This document shows positions 39,911 to 51,957 of a stretch of 64,000 nt of DNA, one piece after another (the stretch's first letter is position 1; each line of letters begins with the position of its first letter). The stretch comes from Rhizophagus irregularis. Its lineage: Eukaryota. Location: the NCBI RefSeq assembly GCF_026210795.1, contig NC_089429.1:5766001-5830000 (forward strand), read 5' to 3'. A program made the translations under genes and the position numbers. The notes below the pieces were generated by a model. The model searched no databases, was not told the DNA's origin, and was given only the letters and a program-made list of their open reading frames with translations.

Positions 39911-40763
39911 TAAAAATAAAAAAATGTAAAATACACAAAACTATCTAAACTTCCCTCTAAGTAAAGTTAAAGAGCAAGTATCTATGACGTTAACTGCTAT
40001 AAATGATTGTATATTGTGTACATTGAATACAATATGTTTAACGCTTTATAAATTAATGTTCATTGGTGAATGATCTTTTCAATCTTAGTTACACTGAATT
40101 CGTTTAGTTTGTGCAAAATCATCGACTTGTGAAACAAAAAAAAATACGTGAACTTTATCCTTTGGAATTCCATTATCGAATGGTAATAGCCAATCATGTA
40201 TATCGTCTGACGATCACAAATAACTTAGGGTTAGTGACATTTATTACGTAACCAGTCTTAACCCCACATAATACATAAAATCTTATGTTACACCATATAT
40301 ATTAAGACCTTCACCCCCTAAAATATTATGTCATTGCCCTTAATTTTCTGTCAGTTTAGGTCGCAGAAATATAACAATCAAATTTATCTACGCCAAGTAC
40401 GGCATTTTTTTTATATGCAAACATTAATTAATCACTTAAGCGTCTAAGTCGTTATAAAAAATAGTAACTAAAATTTATATTTTGTAAAAATTATTACTAT
40501 GTATGGGGACCCTACAGGAAAGCAGGGGCTCAGAAAATCAAGGTTTAAATTACGTAATCGATTGTACGATCATCTTTACGAAAATGGATTTTCTCAATAA
40601 CTTCTTAGGACGAAATTTTACAAGCATTTAATTGAAAACTTATGCCGTGTTTTTAATTAAAATCATGGAATTTATATATTAGATATTTTTAATGAGGTTA
40701 TTGTGATATCTAGTAAAAAAAAAACACCGAAAAACTATTTAAATTACACCAATATATTATAGA

Positions 40764-41166
40764 TAGGGATGGCACGTGATTTAAAACAAGATGTTTTAAA
40801 ACAATTTAAATCCAGTTTTTATTGTTTTAAAACGTTTTTTTTTTGTTTTAAAATATTGGTCGGCATGATTATTGCGTAATTATTTTTTAATGACCTTTTT
40901 TGTATTTTGTGTAATTATTGTGGAAATGACATTAGTTATTGATTTAATTGATCGATTAGAAGATTTAAAATTAGTATATTATATAATTTTTTTTTTTCAC
41001 ATTTTATTTAACGATCACTAAGCTATATTCCCAAACAAGGTCGGTCCGGCTATACTCTAAATATATATTATATAATAAAGTGCTTAAATTTTTATTGCAA
41101 ATATATTACGTCGTAAAGGCTAGTAAAGTGCTAAAATTGTTTTAAACATGTTTTTTGCCATCCCTA
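40764..41166. mobile_element. 403-bp hAT-superfamily MITE
   Basis: Perfect 11-bp TIR TAGGGATGGCA / TGCCATCCCTA and perfect 8-bp TSD ATTATAGA (40756-40763, 41167-41174). Confidence 0.92.
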
Positions 41167-41267
41167 ATTATAGATAGATAAAAATCTATTTTCTGAAAAT
41201 GGTTAGACTTATAAGCACATTTCCATTACAAAATCTCAAAATCATGTGATTATGGATGATTTGTACT

Positions 41268-42260
41268 AAAATTATACTCTTGAAAATAATAATATTAATC
41301 CATTAAATGATTTTGTTGGGTCAATTGAATTTTATATGGAAGGAGTTATTTGTTTCTTCACTTATAATAAGTTCATGCGCCATTATTCTCCATTTGTTCG
41401 TGGAAAGGTAAAGAAATTTTTGAAAAATAAAGATTATTTATTTGGTAGTAGATTATACGCCATTATTAAAGAAAGAAGGATTGAGATTGAAAATACACCA
41501 TTAGAACATCATGATATGTTGACGTCTTTTATAACCGCGAGTACACTACGCGATATCAACGATGTGAAAAGTGCCGACGCTGATTTATTAAGACCCATGA
41601 CTGATAAAGAGATTTTTGGGAATATACTCGACGCAATATCTGCAGGAACTGATAGCGTAAATAAAATTTTTTAATATTATTCATTCCAACATTTGTGTTC
41701 CAAAAGCTTCAATAATAATTTATTAAAAAATTTTGTAGACGTCGAATTTATTTTGCTTTATTATGTATCATCTTGAACATAATCCTGAAGTGAAATAACG
41801 ACTGAGACAAGAATTTGATACGACTCTTGGAAATGACTTAACAAGACCAATAACATATAAAGATCTTTGTGAATTAGAATATTGCGAAGCAGTTATTAAA
41901 GAAGTATATTGTCACTCTCCTACAGCATTTTTTCTTGATCGTATGAATGTTCAAAGTGATAACGTTGGAGGATACAATTGGCCAGAAGGAACTCAATTTC
42001 AGATGCTTATTTCAGCGCTATTGAAACATAAAGATTATTGTAATGAACCTGAAAAATTCGATCCCTGATAGATTTTATAAAGTTGAAGAAAGTGCATAAA
42101 TATTTACTTGAAAAGATGAAAATACCAAATACTTTTCTAATTTTAATTTATAGAAATATGGTATTGAATTAGTTGATATGAATTCTCCACTACAATATAA
42201 ACAGGAACATCTTAACCTTTGTAAAGTATTAATAATTAAGGTTAAGCCAAGAAATTTTAA
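41268..42260 (+). pseudogene. 5'-truncated cytochrome P450 pseudogene (copy 3)
   Basis: Homology to copy 4 begins mid-exon 1; ExxR changed to EVYC; frameshift at GATCCCTGA (~42062); heme-binding FGGGxRxCPG segment deleted near 42138. Confidence 0.9.
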
Positions 42261-43208
42261 AAAGAATAAGAATTATATAAATCTGGGCGTCTAGAGCGGA
42301 GCAGTTTTGGGCAGCATTACAGCATTAAGAAACTATGCATGTGACGCCGGCGATATTTACTACGGTCACGTGATTATTTACTGCTTTATTTATTTATTTA
42401 TTAATAAATCGACGGGCAGGGCGACTTTTTTCGGGAGATTGGGCACTTTCATGATTTTGGTTGATTAGACTTGTAGTTTATGCTCACTCATGTATTTGTT
42501 AGGCTCCAGTCGTGTCTATATTTTAAAAATAAAAATAAAATAATTTTATATATCATAAAGACCCGAAAAATAAAATTTCAAATAATTCGGAATTATAGCT
42601 TTATCGCTTCAATTAGTCAATTATGATTCAAAAGAATTATATTTTGATGAAACAAATTTTATTTAAGAAATTGCTTAATTTTGAACGGAATTAAGATTTA
42701 ATAGCCTTTCTCGTTTGAACGCAAACGAAAATAGGTCAAGCCTAGACCGAAACGGTAGAAAGGAAAACATTTATTATTAACTTTTTTAACCTTCAAAACT
42801 TCAAAAAGAAATTATTGTGGTGTTACATTTTTATTCGATTGTATTGGTCAACTTTGCTAATCTAAAAATTTAATTTATAAATTTCAATCAGTAAGTTCAT
42901 TCCGAATTATCATATAATAAATTAAGTCTGTTTAAATTAAATTGTAAAGTATAAGCTGTAAATGAACAATTTAAGCATTATTACTTCAAGTTCTTTTTGA
43001 TGTTGAATATTTTATTTTTACAATACAAATTTCTAGACTTTCGAATTCATTATTCATTTATTAAGTAGTCAAACATTATTGTAAAAAGACGTACGTTTTT
43101 TTTTAAATGATCATAAGAAGGTCGTAAAATTGCAAAGTTTAATTAAAGCTGCAATCGACGATCATGCAGGTGCGTGGTCGATCAAAAATCTTAGCATTTA
43201 CACTTCAA

Positions 43209-43575
43209 TAGGCCTGTTCAATTCTGATCGTTCGTTGATAATTATTGGCTGATGAAATTGTGTGACCTGATCAACAACCCGAACTTTCCGAACAACAAAA
43301 AATGTGGTGTCATTTTGATCGCTTTTTTTTAACGTGTCTGGTGCTTAGTAAAGTTTTAATATACGCCCTCAAAAAGTTTACTATACCTTTATGGTATTGC
43401 TTATTTGCCATTTTTAAAAAAGAAAAATATTTTATTATACGAGAAATAAGGTGACCAAGGTTAACCGTTCAATAAGCCGTTCAATAAGCCCTCAATTTTG
43501 ATTTTGATCACATGTTAAGATTGGTTAATCGATTTTCGATCAAAAAACCCGAACGATCATAATTGAACATGCCTA
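43209..43575. mobile_element. ~365-bp MITE
   Basis: TIRs (TA)GGCCTGTTCAATTCTGATCGTTCG / CGAACGATCATAATTGAACATGCC(TA), 2 mismatches; absent from the paralogous flank near 38850. Confidence 0.8.
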
Positions 43576-44351
43576 ATAAGACCACGTGAATGGCGAGATC
43601 TGTTTACATTTATCTCAGCAATTTGAGTCCCTGTAAGCAGTGATATGCATAAGCACTTTTGGACTTCCAATTCTTCCAATTCCAATAATACTTCCAATGT
43701 TAAACAAAGATTGAATTCTATAAAACTTGCATATATCTCATTTTTAGTGTATTTTTTTTTACTACATTATGTACTAATTTAATTATTTATAGTCTAAAGT
43801 ATTTTTCGAGTTATTTATGCGCCACATTCCATGATCGTGGGTCGATCAAATTACCGAATTTGATTGATCAAAAATTATGTTTATTGATTCGATTAAAAAC
43901 CAAAATTAATAATGTAACGACCATGCATTTCCGGCAATCAAATATATGTGAAATCTATCACGGGCTTGTGTGTCAACTTATCTTGTAATTTATCACATTA
44001 CTTATTATTCGTATGAACATCAATTTATTACTTCTGTATTATTTGGTGTATTTCACATTTTTTTTTTTAGTCATTTCCATTTCTCCTTTTCCTTAAAACT
44101 TTTTTTTTCTTTCCCTGTTCTTAGAAATAGTTTCATTTTTATTAACCTTTTTTTTAGGTATTTCATGTCATAGTATTTGTCATGAACTTCTTTTAATTAT
44201 TCCTCTTTTATTTATTTATACAATAATGAAAGGGCCTTTTTAAGGCTTTTTTTTTTTTGAAACAGTTTATAAACTGAGGTAAGTCTTTCTTATTAATTTA
44301 TTGTTTTTCTATTGCCTTTTTCTGTTGTTGAAATTTATTAATTGTTTCCAG

Positions 44352-44915
44352 GAGTCCATTTCGTCTCCAGGTGGTGTTCATATAAGAACCATCGAAAGAA
44401 CATTAGGAAACGTTCTTAAACAAAATAAACACTTACCTTCGTTCTAGAAGCCTATTTCGACTCCAGGGAGCGTTCCTACAAAAAAAAAAGATCAAAAGTA
44501 TGTTTAAAATGTTCTTAAACAAAAGGAAACAAAAAGAAGCACTTACCCTGAAATCCATTTCGTCTCCAGGGGGCGCTCCTATAAAAAAAGTTATTGAAAG
44601 AACGTTAGAAACGTTCTTAAATGAAAATTAACAAAAGAAATGACTCAAACGAGGCGTTCCTAAAAAAAAAATTATTGAAAAGAACGTTAGGAACGTTCTT
44701 TAAACGAAATTAACACAAAAAAATGAAAAAGAATTTTACTTTTAGTCTTAAAGAGTGGAGCGCTCCTATAAAAAAAAAATATTGAAAGAACGTTAGGAGA
44801 CGTTCTTGAACGAAATGAACGGGAAAAAAAATGAAAAAAACACTTACCTTTATGTCTAGGAGATTATTTCGTCTTCAGGGTATTCCTACAAATAAGGGTA
44901 ATTAAAAGAACGTTA
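44352..44915 (-). repeat. Tandem array of about six 80-130-bp intron + mini-exon units
   Basis: Plus-strand unit ATTTCGTCTCCAGG..CGYTCCTA-A(n)-TTGAAAGAACGTTAGGAACGTTCTT..CACTTACC. On the minus strand this reads donor G/GTAAGTG, branch CTAAC, poly-T tract, acceptor TAG/GAACG. Confidence 0.85.
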
Positions 44916-45269
44916 TAAAACGAAGTAAAAATAAAAAATAAAAATAAAAAATAGATCGATTATCTAAATTACACAACCAATAAAATTATAAAATTTTAAA
45001 ATCACTTCACGTGATAGGGTGCGTTCGAACGCAGGTGCTTTAAACCCATTTAAAAAATAGCTTTTGCGATCATTATCGTCGGTCATCCTATCACATATGA
45101 AATAAATATTGTCAGAAAAAATTTTTTGATCAAACCCTTTTAATATACAGTACTAAAGAAGAATGTACCACTTTAGTTTTTTTCAATATCGAATATGTTA
45201 TTTATTGATAAATATATAATATTTACATATAAATATTAAAAAAAAAATTTTTATGCATAATTTATTTAA

Positions 45270-46577
45270 GGCCGGGCAAAGTTAATTTTTAGATTCTCGT
45301 GACATAAAATTTTAAAATTGACCGGTTTTTTTTTTTTTTTTCATATGTAAATTTTTTTATATGTATTTTGTATTATATTTTGTATTACACAAATATATCT
45401 TGTATTACACAAACAAAGATAAAATTGTTAAATCTATGTAAATCTATCTTCCGCCACTTTTTATTAAATAAAATCTGATATGCCGATAATAATTGTACAT
45501 GTTTTGCTTCGTTCTAAAACAGTATTTGAGTGGGAGGGGCTTCCTGTTGATGAGGATATGAATATAAAAGATTTTTTAATGATGTAGTAGTTAATGAATT
45601 AAAGATAGAATTATGGGGAAAAAATTGTATTGCATATTTTAGTCCTACAAAAACGGGTGAAATAGAAAAATAGGACTGAGTAACTAATGCATGGGAAACT
45701 GTTAAACAGTGCGGATAATATGTAACATTTAAATTACTTGATGACTCTAATAATGAGCCAGCTATGAATACAATCAATGCATTTGAATTAATGAAATCTG
45801 CTTCAATGCTTAACTACCTTCCAGAATTTAAATTACCAGCAAAAATTCTTTGGATCAACTATGCATAGATGGAGGTGGCTGGATAGGAAAAGATAATGCA
45901 AATAATATTAGAAAAAGATTTGTTTCTAATTTAACAAAATCTACGTATATGTTGATATTTGTTCTTATAAAACATTAGATGATAGATACAAAATTCCGGA
46001 TTTATTTACTAGGTTTTTTGATCAAGCCCATCCTGAAAGATACAAAAAATCAAGATGATCATTTAATTCAGAAGAATTACAAAGTTATTATAAAATTCCG
46101 ATAAATTACATTGAATTACCATGGATGGAAAAACCCAAATTTGCTTGGCTTAAAGAACCTATGCTGCTTTATGCAACAAATCTTCTGAATACTTTATTAA
46201 TCAAAGAGCTATAACTGCAGATAATCAAAATTCGTTAACTCCTATAGTTGATGAAGGAAAAGCAGGATATATAGGAAATATATGGAGGAAAACTGTAATT
46301 ATTAAAGAGTTTCGCATTCTTATAAAAGCTTTAGAGAAATTGGAATATTGGAAACTTGTTGATATAAACCAATTCTGTCCAGTATCACGAAAATAAGATT
46401 TTATATTTACGAAAATAATATGTAACACGTTTATTGAATTTTATATAATAAAGTATATGCAATTTTATTATGTTAAGTCACGTGATAAAAAATTTTACTA
46501 TAAAAAAAAAATCCCTGAATTTTTGTAAAACTGACACGGCCGGGTCACGAGAATCTAAAAATTAATTTTGCCCGGCC
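45270..46577 (+). mobile_element. 1308-bp internally deleted TIR transposon of Zator or PIF/Harbinger type
   Basis: 34-bp TIRs GGCCGGGCAAAGTTAATTTTTAGATTCTCGTGAC (1 mismatch; 45270-45303, 46544-46577); TAA TSD on both sides; broken internal ORF starting MPIIIVHVLLRSKTVFEWEG...NAFELMKS...GWIGK. Confidence 0.88.
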
Positions 46578-47362
46578 TAAATTGTCTTTTTTTAAATTAT
46601 CTACTGATAATTTTTCAATTTTTTTTTTTTATTATAAGTTTATTGTGATTTAATAAAAAATATGTCCAAGAAATTTTTTATATGCAAATATCAAAAATTA
46701 TTTTTTCAGTTTATAAGAATCGAAAAAAAGAAGCCCATTATTCTTTAGCTTCGGTGATGATCTGTTGTGGCTGATCACCTTAACAGTTAAGACAATTAAG
46801 CTTTTTTATTAAATTTCATTAACCGGAATCAGGATGTACACATGTCCCAAATTATACTAACTATAATAAATAACCAGGTGCAGACATGTTTTCTTTAAAA
46901 TTGTTAATTTGGACAACTTTGTCTTGTTTATATTATAATAAAATATTTTTAGATGCACAGAAAAATTTTTCTATCTACAGAAAAAACAATAATCATATGT
47001 TAAATCATTGATAATACAATATTCAAACAATATTCTTAAAATAAAAGAGATTTTAAATCATATGTTAAAAGAAAAAATTAGGAAAGGTATTTCTTTTTTT
47101 AGTTAAAAAAGAAAAATTTATCGTATGATGATCTCGTTATCAGCAAAATTAAAAAATTTAAAAAAAAACCATAAATTAATGCACAATAAAAGTGCCACAG
47201 GAATTCCCAAATCACAATTTTACTCTAACGATTTACAATACATTTTCAGTTCATTAATATTAATATTAAATATTAATTTAAATTAAATTTATTTTATTTT
47301 ATATAAATAATAAAGAACAAATAGTGTGGTAGTCGGATATTCCTTGCTGCGCTCTGAAAGAC

Positions 47363-47585
47363 GAATTCGTTCCGGATGTAACTTTTAGCAAAACCATTTG
47401 GCATATTTACTTGTGAAAAGAGATCAATAAATTTGTGAATTTTCTCGCTGCATCCTGAAAGTTCACTGAATTCGTTTCGGATATAACTTTTAGTTAGAGC
47501 GAAACCATTCGGCGTATTTACTTGTGAAAAGAAGTAATAAATTTGTGAATTTTATCTTTTTGGAATTCCATCATCGAACGGTAAT
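47363..47585 (+). promoter_or_regulatory. Tandemly duplicated conserved upstream element of the P450 paralogues
   Basis: Two copies of GAATTCGTT..GGAT.TAACTTTTAG...TTTACTTGTGAAAAGA; the core also occurs at 30267, 35341 and 40125. Confidence 0.5.
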
Positions 47586-47806
47586 ATTTTGCATATTTGC
47601 CGATTGTACAATGAGAATAACAAGTTTATTATTCATGTCCAATCTGGAAATCGAAGTTACAGTCTTGGAAAAGATCTTAAAATCGATACAAAAAACGAAT
47701 TGATTGGCAATCACGTGATATTTTACCAATCTTTGATCAGCCTTTTGATAACGTAACATAAAAAAATAAAGTTTGTCCTGTGATTTTGCATTATATTACA
47801 TACATT

Positions 47807-47903
47807 CAGGGATGGGGGTTATGAGATTTGTACAGTATTACTAATGTAAAATTTGCACAGATCCTGATAAATTCCTGCAAATTCCATGGGAATCCCATCA
47901 CTA
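47807..47903. mobile_element. 97-bp hAT-like MITE in the promoter of P450 copy 4
   Basis: Ends CAGGGATGGG / CCCATCACTA; flanks CATACATT / CATACTGT (6/8 TSD match). Confidence 0.6.
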
Positions 47904-48076
47904 CATACTGTACATTACACATTTTTTCTTGTGTATTATTTGAAATTCTTTGTTTTTTTTTTGTGCTTTTCACTTTAAGTGATTGGCATCAATTTCAACT
48001 GTTTATAATTTAAGTTTGACCTTATCTAATATATATATAAGAACCGTACTTACCGATTATTTTTTTTTAAAAAAAA

Positions 48077-49765
48077 ATGATTACAACAATTATCTCAACT
48101 ATCGGAATTTCCGATGCCCTTTCTCTCTTAATAATTATTTCAATTTTCTATGTAGCACGTTTTTATTATCATTATTTTACTCGTCCTAATCCTCTGCCAG
48201 GTCCATTCCCACTTCCAATCATTGGTAGCGCTTATCAACAAATTGGATATGGATTTAATGATTGGTTATTATCATTAAATAAAAAATATGGTGATATGTA
48301 TGAAATAATTTTGGCAGGTCAACGTTTAATTGTGTTAGGTAAAGCAGATTTAATTGAGAATATGAATATACCATCTTCAACGAAGACTAATTATCCTAAC
48401 AGATGGCCTAATACGGAAGGATTTGTAGAATACGGATTTGATGGAGTAGGAGTAGGATTTAATAATGTTCATAAATCTTGGAATTATAACCGTCAATTTT
48501 TTAGTCAAGCATTAATGACTCCAAGTTTTAATTATCAAGCTATTGAATGGACTAATGAATTATGGAATGAAATGGAATCTTACTGGAATAATCTTGGAGA
48601 AGATTATGAAATAGACCTTATAAAATGGATGCGTAGATTTACAAATGAAATGATTTTTAGAATTTCTACTGGAGTAAAAAATGACGCTCTTGCCTCTTAT
48701 TATAATAAAATCACTCTTGAAAATAATAATATTAATCCTTCAAATGAATTTGTTGAATCACTTGAAACTTATATTGAAGGAATTATTTATTTCTTCGCCT
48801 TTAGCAAATTTATTCGCCATTATCTTCCATTTATTCGTGGAAAGGTTAAGAAATTATTGAAAAATAAAGATTATTTATTTAATAAATTATATACCATTGT
48901 TAAAGAAAGAAGGAATGAGATTGAAAAGACACCACTAGATCAACCACTTCGTCATGATATGTTGACGTCTTATATAACCGCAAATACACCACGTGATATT
49001 AACGTTATGAAACATGCAGACGCTGATTTATTAAGGCCAATGACCGATAAAGAGATTTTTGGAAATATACTCGACGCAATGATTGGAGGAACTGATACAG
49101 TAAGTAAAGATGTTTTAATACTATTTTATTCAAAATTTTGTGCTTCATAATAATTTTATTAAAAAAAATCGTAGACATCGAATTTGTTTTGTTTTATTGT
49201 ATATTATCTTGAACATTATCCTGAAGTGAAACTACAATTGAGACAAGAATTTGATAGAATTCTTGGAAGTGACTTAACAAGACCAATAACATTTAAAGAT
49301 CTTGATGAATTAGTATATTGCGATGCAGTTATTAAAGAAGTGTATCGTCACACTCCTATAGTATTTTTTCTTGGTCGTGTAAATGCTCAAAATGATAACG
49401 TTGGGGGATATAATTGGCCAGAAGGAACTCAATTTCAAATGCTTATTTCCGTATTAATGAAACATAAAGATTATTGGACTGAACCTGAAAAATTCGATCC
49501 TGATAGATTTTATAAAGTTGAAGAGAGTGATAAATATTTCCTTGAAAAGAAAAAAATGAAAAATACTTTTCAAATGTTTGGAGGAGGAATTAGAATTTGT
49601 CCTGGAAGAAAACTTGCAATGATAGAATTAAAATGTTTATTAATCTTAGTTTATAGAAAATATGATATTGAATTAGTTGATAAGAATTCACCACTAAAAT
49701 ATAAACGTGACTTTTTTAACCTTTGTAAAGAATTAGCAGTTAAAGTTAAACCAAGAAAATTTTAA
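48077..49765 (+). CDS. Cytochrome P450 (copy 4), exons 48077-49099 and 49175-49765, ~537 aa
   Basis: TM anchor, PLPGPFPLP, GGTDTT, KEVYR, FDPDRF, FGGGIRICPGRKLA. Confidence 0.95.
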
Positions 49766-50719
49766 AAAAATTGTATAAAAGAATATAAAGAATTATGTAA
49801 ACATTTATGTATTACAACTATTTATAACTTATTATTAATAAATCAGGTTTATTAATATTTTCATAAAATAGGAGCGGAGCATCAGTAAATTATTATGCAG
49901 CTAAATAGGATCATCATGTTCCCTATAAAAAATATATTAAATTTAAATTTTGCTGCAATTATTCTTATTTAATACTAAAAATATGCTGAAAATGAAAATT
50001 AAAGATCTTCTTTAATCAATTTTCATAAAGTTTGATTTGATCAGATTACAATGGGGTGGCTATCACATGAATCTTGCCGATCATATTTCACCCAATATTT
50101 ACCCCCTAAAGTGGCTTAGACAAATGGCTTAGGCTCGGCTCGGATAGTATCAGTATCAGTTATATAAAGTTAATTGTTGTACAAAAAGTTTGCTTAATAA
50201 TATTACCTGTAAAAATAAAATCTTGCTGCAATAAAAGTAAAAGTTATGACCTTTAGCACGTGATTTCTATTGTCCCACAGTTATTTATTAATAATTTTCT
50301 TTGTAGTTCCCACCATGCTGATCTATATAAATTTATGATTATTTCCTTACTTAGAATAACTAGAGTCATACCCTAAAGCCGGTGACCGGCCCTTTCTAAG
50401 AGTATGATATATACCATAAATTTTAACACTTATTTGCAGAAACAAAAGTATTGATAAGATATAATTTAATTTTGTTTGAAATAAATAAATAATTTATTTT
50501 ATTTTTTTTTTCATCTAAAATATTTTAATTTGTTTTTTACGTTTTGATTTAATAATCTTGTAATTGGTCTTAAAAGAAGAATTTGTAAAAAACAATTTTT
50601 TTTAAAAAAATTTTTTCGTTTCTAACCAAAATAAAATAATTCAATAAAATTTATTTAACATGATTAAAAACTTAATATTGTAGGATATTTCAAATCAAAT
50701 TTGGACGATTCTATGTCCA

Positions 50720-51320
50720 CATATGTTTTTAATAAATCAATTCATGTAATATATAATTTTTTTAATAAATCAATTCATGTAATATATATTTTAATAAGTA
50801 AATTCATATAATTTTTCTTTAATAATTAAATTCATATAATGTTTTTAATAATTAGTAAGTTTGTATTATGTTTTTTAATTATAATTTTTTACTAATAAAT
50901 ATTTTTTTAATAAATAAACTTAATAAATTCGGATATATAATTTTTCTTAATAAATCAATTCATGTAATATATATTTTAATAATTAAATTTGTATAATGTT
51001 TTTTAATAATTACTAAATTTGTATAATGCCTTTTTTTAATAAATAAACTCGTATAATGTTTTTTAATAAATAAATTTAATAAATTTGGGTATATATATTT
51101 TTTTTAATAAATTCGGGTATATATATTATTTTTAATAAAATTCAGATATATATTTTTTTAATAAAACACGGATGTATTTTTTTTTTAATAAAATAAGTTC
51201 GGATATATATTTTTTAATAAAATAAAATTCAGATATATATATATTTTTGGATATATATATTTTTTTTATAATTTGGATATATGTATATTTTAATAAAATT
51301 CAGACATATTTTTTTTTATA
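50720..51320. repeat. AT-rich degenerate minisatellite (~25-30-bp units)
   Basis: Repeated TTTTAATAAATCAATTCATGTAATATA grading into TTTTAATAAAATTCGGATATATA. Confidence 0.8.
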
Positions 51321-51419
51321 TATTTGATCATCATTTAAAGAATGTTATATATTTAATTTCCTTCAATTCCTATTATAATTAATCACAAAAATTGGCCTCC
51401 TGAACAATGTATACGAATA

Positions 51420-51645
51420 ATAAATATTTCCTTGATGTTAATATGTAGTTAGCTCCCAGATTTTTGGCCAGCCAATTGACAATTCATAATTTCTTGATGT
51501 CAATATATGGTTAGCTCATGATTTTTGATCAACCAATTCGGATCATGCTGCAGATCATGATCAAATTTTTTTTTTTATATAAACGACCATCAATTCAATA
51601 TCAATATCAATACAATATCAATACAATATCAATATATATCAATAA
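51420..51645. repeat. Two-copy ~63-bp repeat followed by a (TCAATA/ACAATA)n microsatellite
   Basis: CTTGATGTYAATAT..GTTAGCTC..GATTTTTG..CARCCAATT occurs twice (51430, 51493); CAATA repeats at 51595-51645. Confidence 0.7.
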
Positions 51646-51957
51646 TATAAAAACGTACCCTATACTTAGCCCATAAGAGCTAACTAAATTAGTAAAATTT
51701 TCCTTCCATAGCACGATTAGCATAACAACCAATTACAAGGACTATCACTATTAAAATGAAGATCACCTGATATCGTTAACTATATAGCGTGATCTGTATA
51801 TGGTGTCAAATAAAAAATTTGTGATACTGATACTTTTTCGTCGGACCGGATCTAGCCAGAATTTTTCAAATATAAAATATAAGGGTTGTCATTTAATTTT
51901 AAATTACCAAACCTTTTACACTTTCTTTTTAATAAAAAAAAAAAAAAATTTCTTATA

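Noticed and set aside
44352..44915. CRISPR-like interpretation of the palindromic repeats
   Set aside because: Eukaryotic context, the spacers are homologous to each other, spacing is irregular and there are no cas genes.
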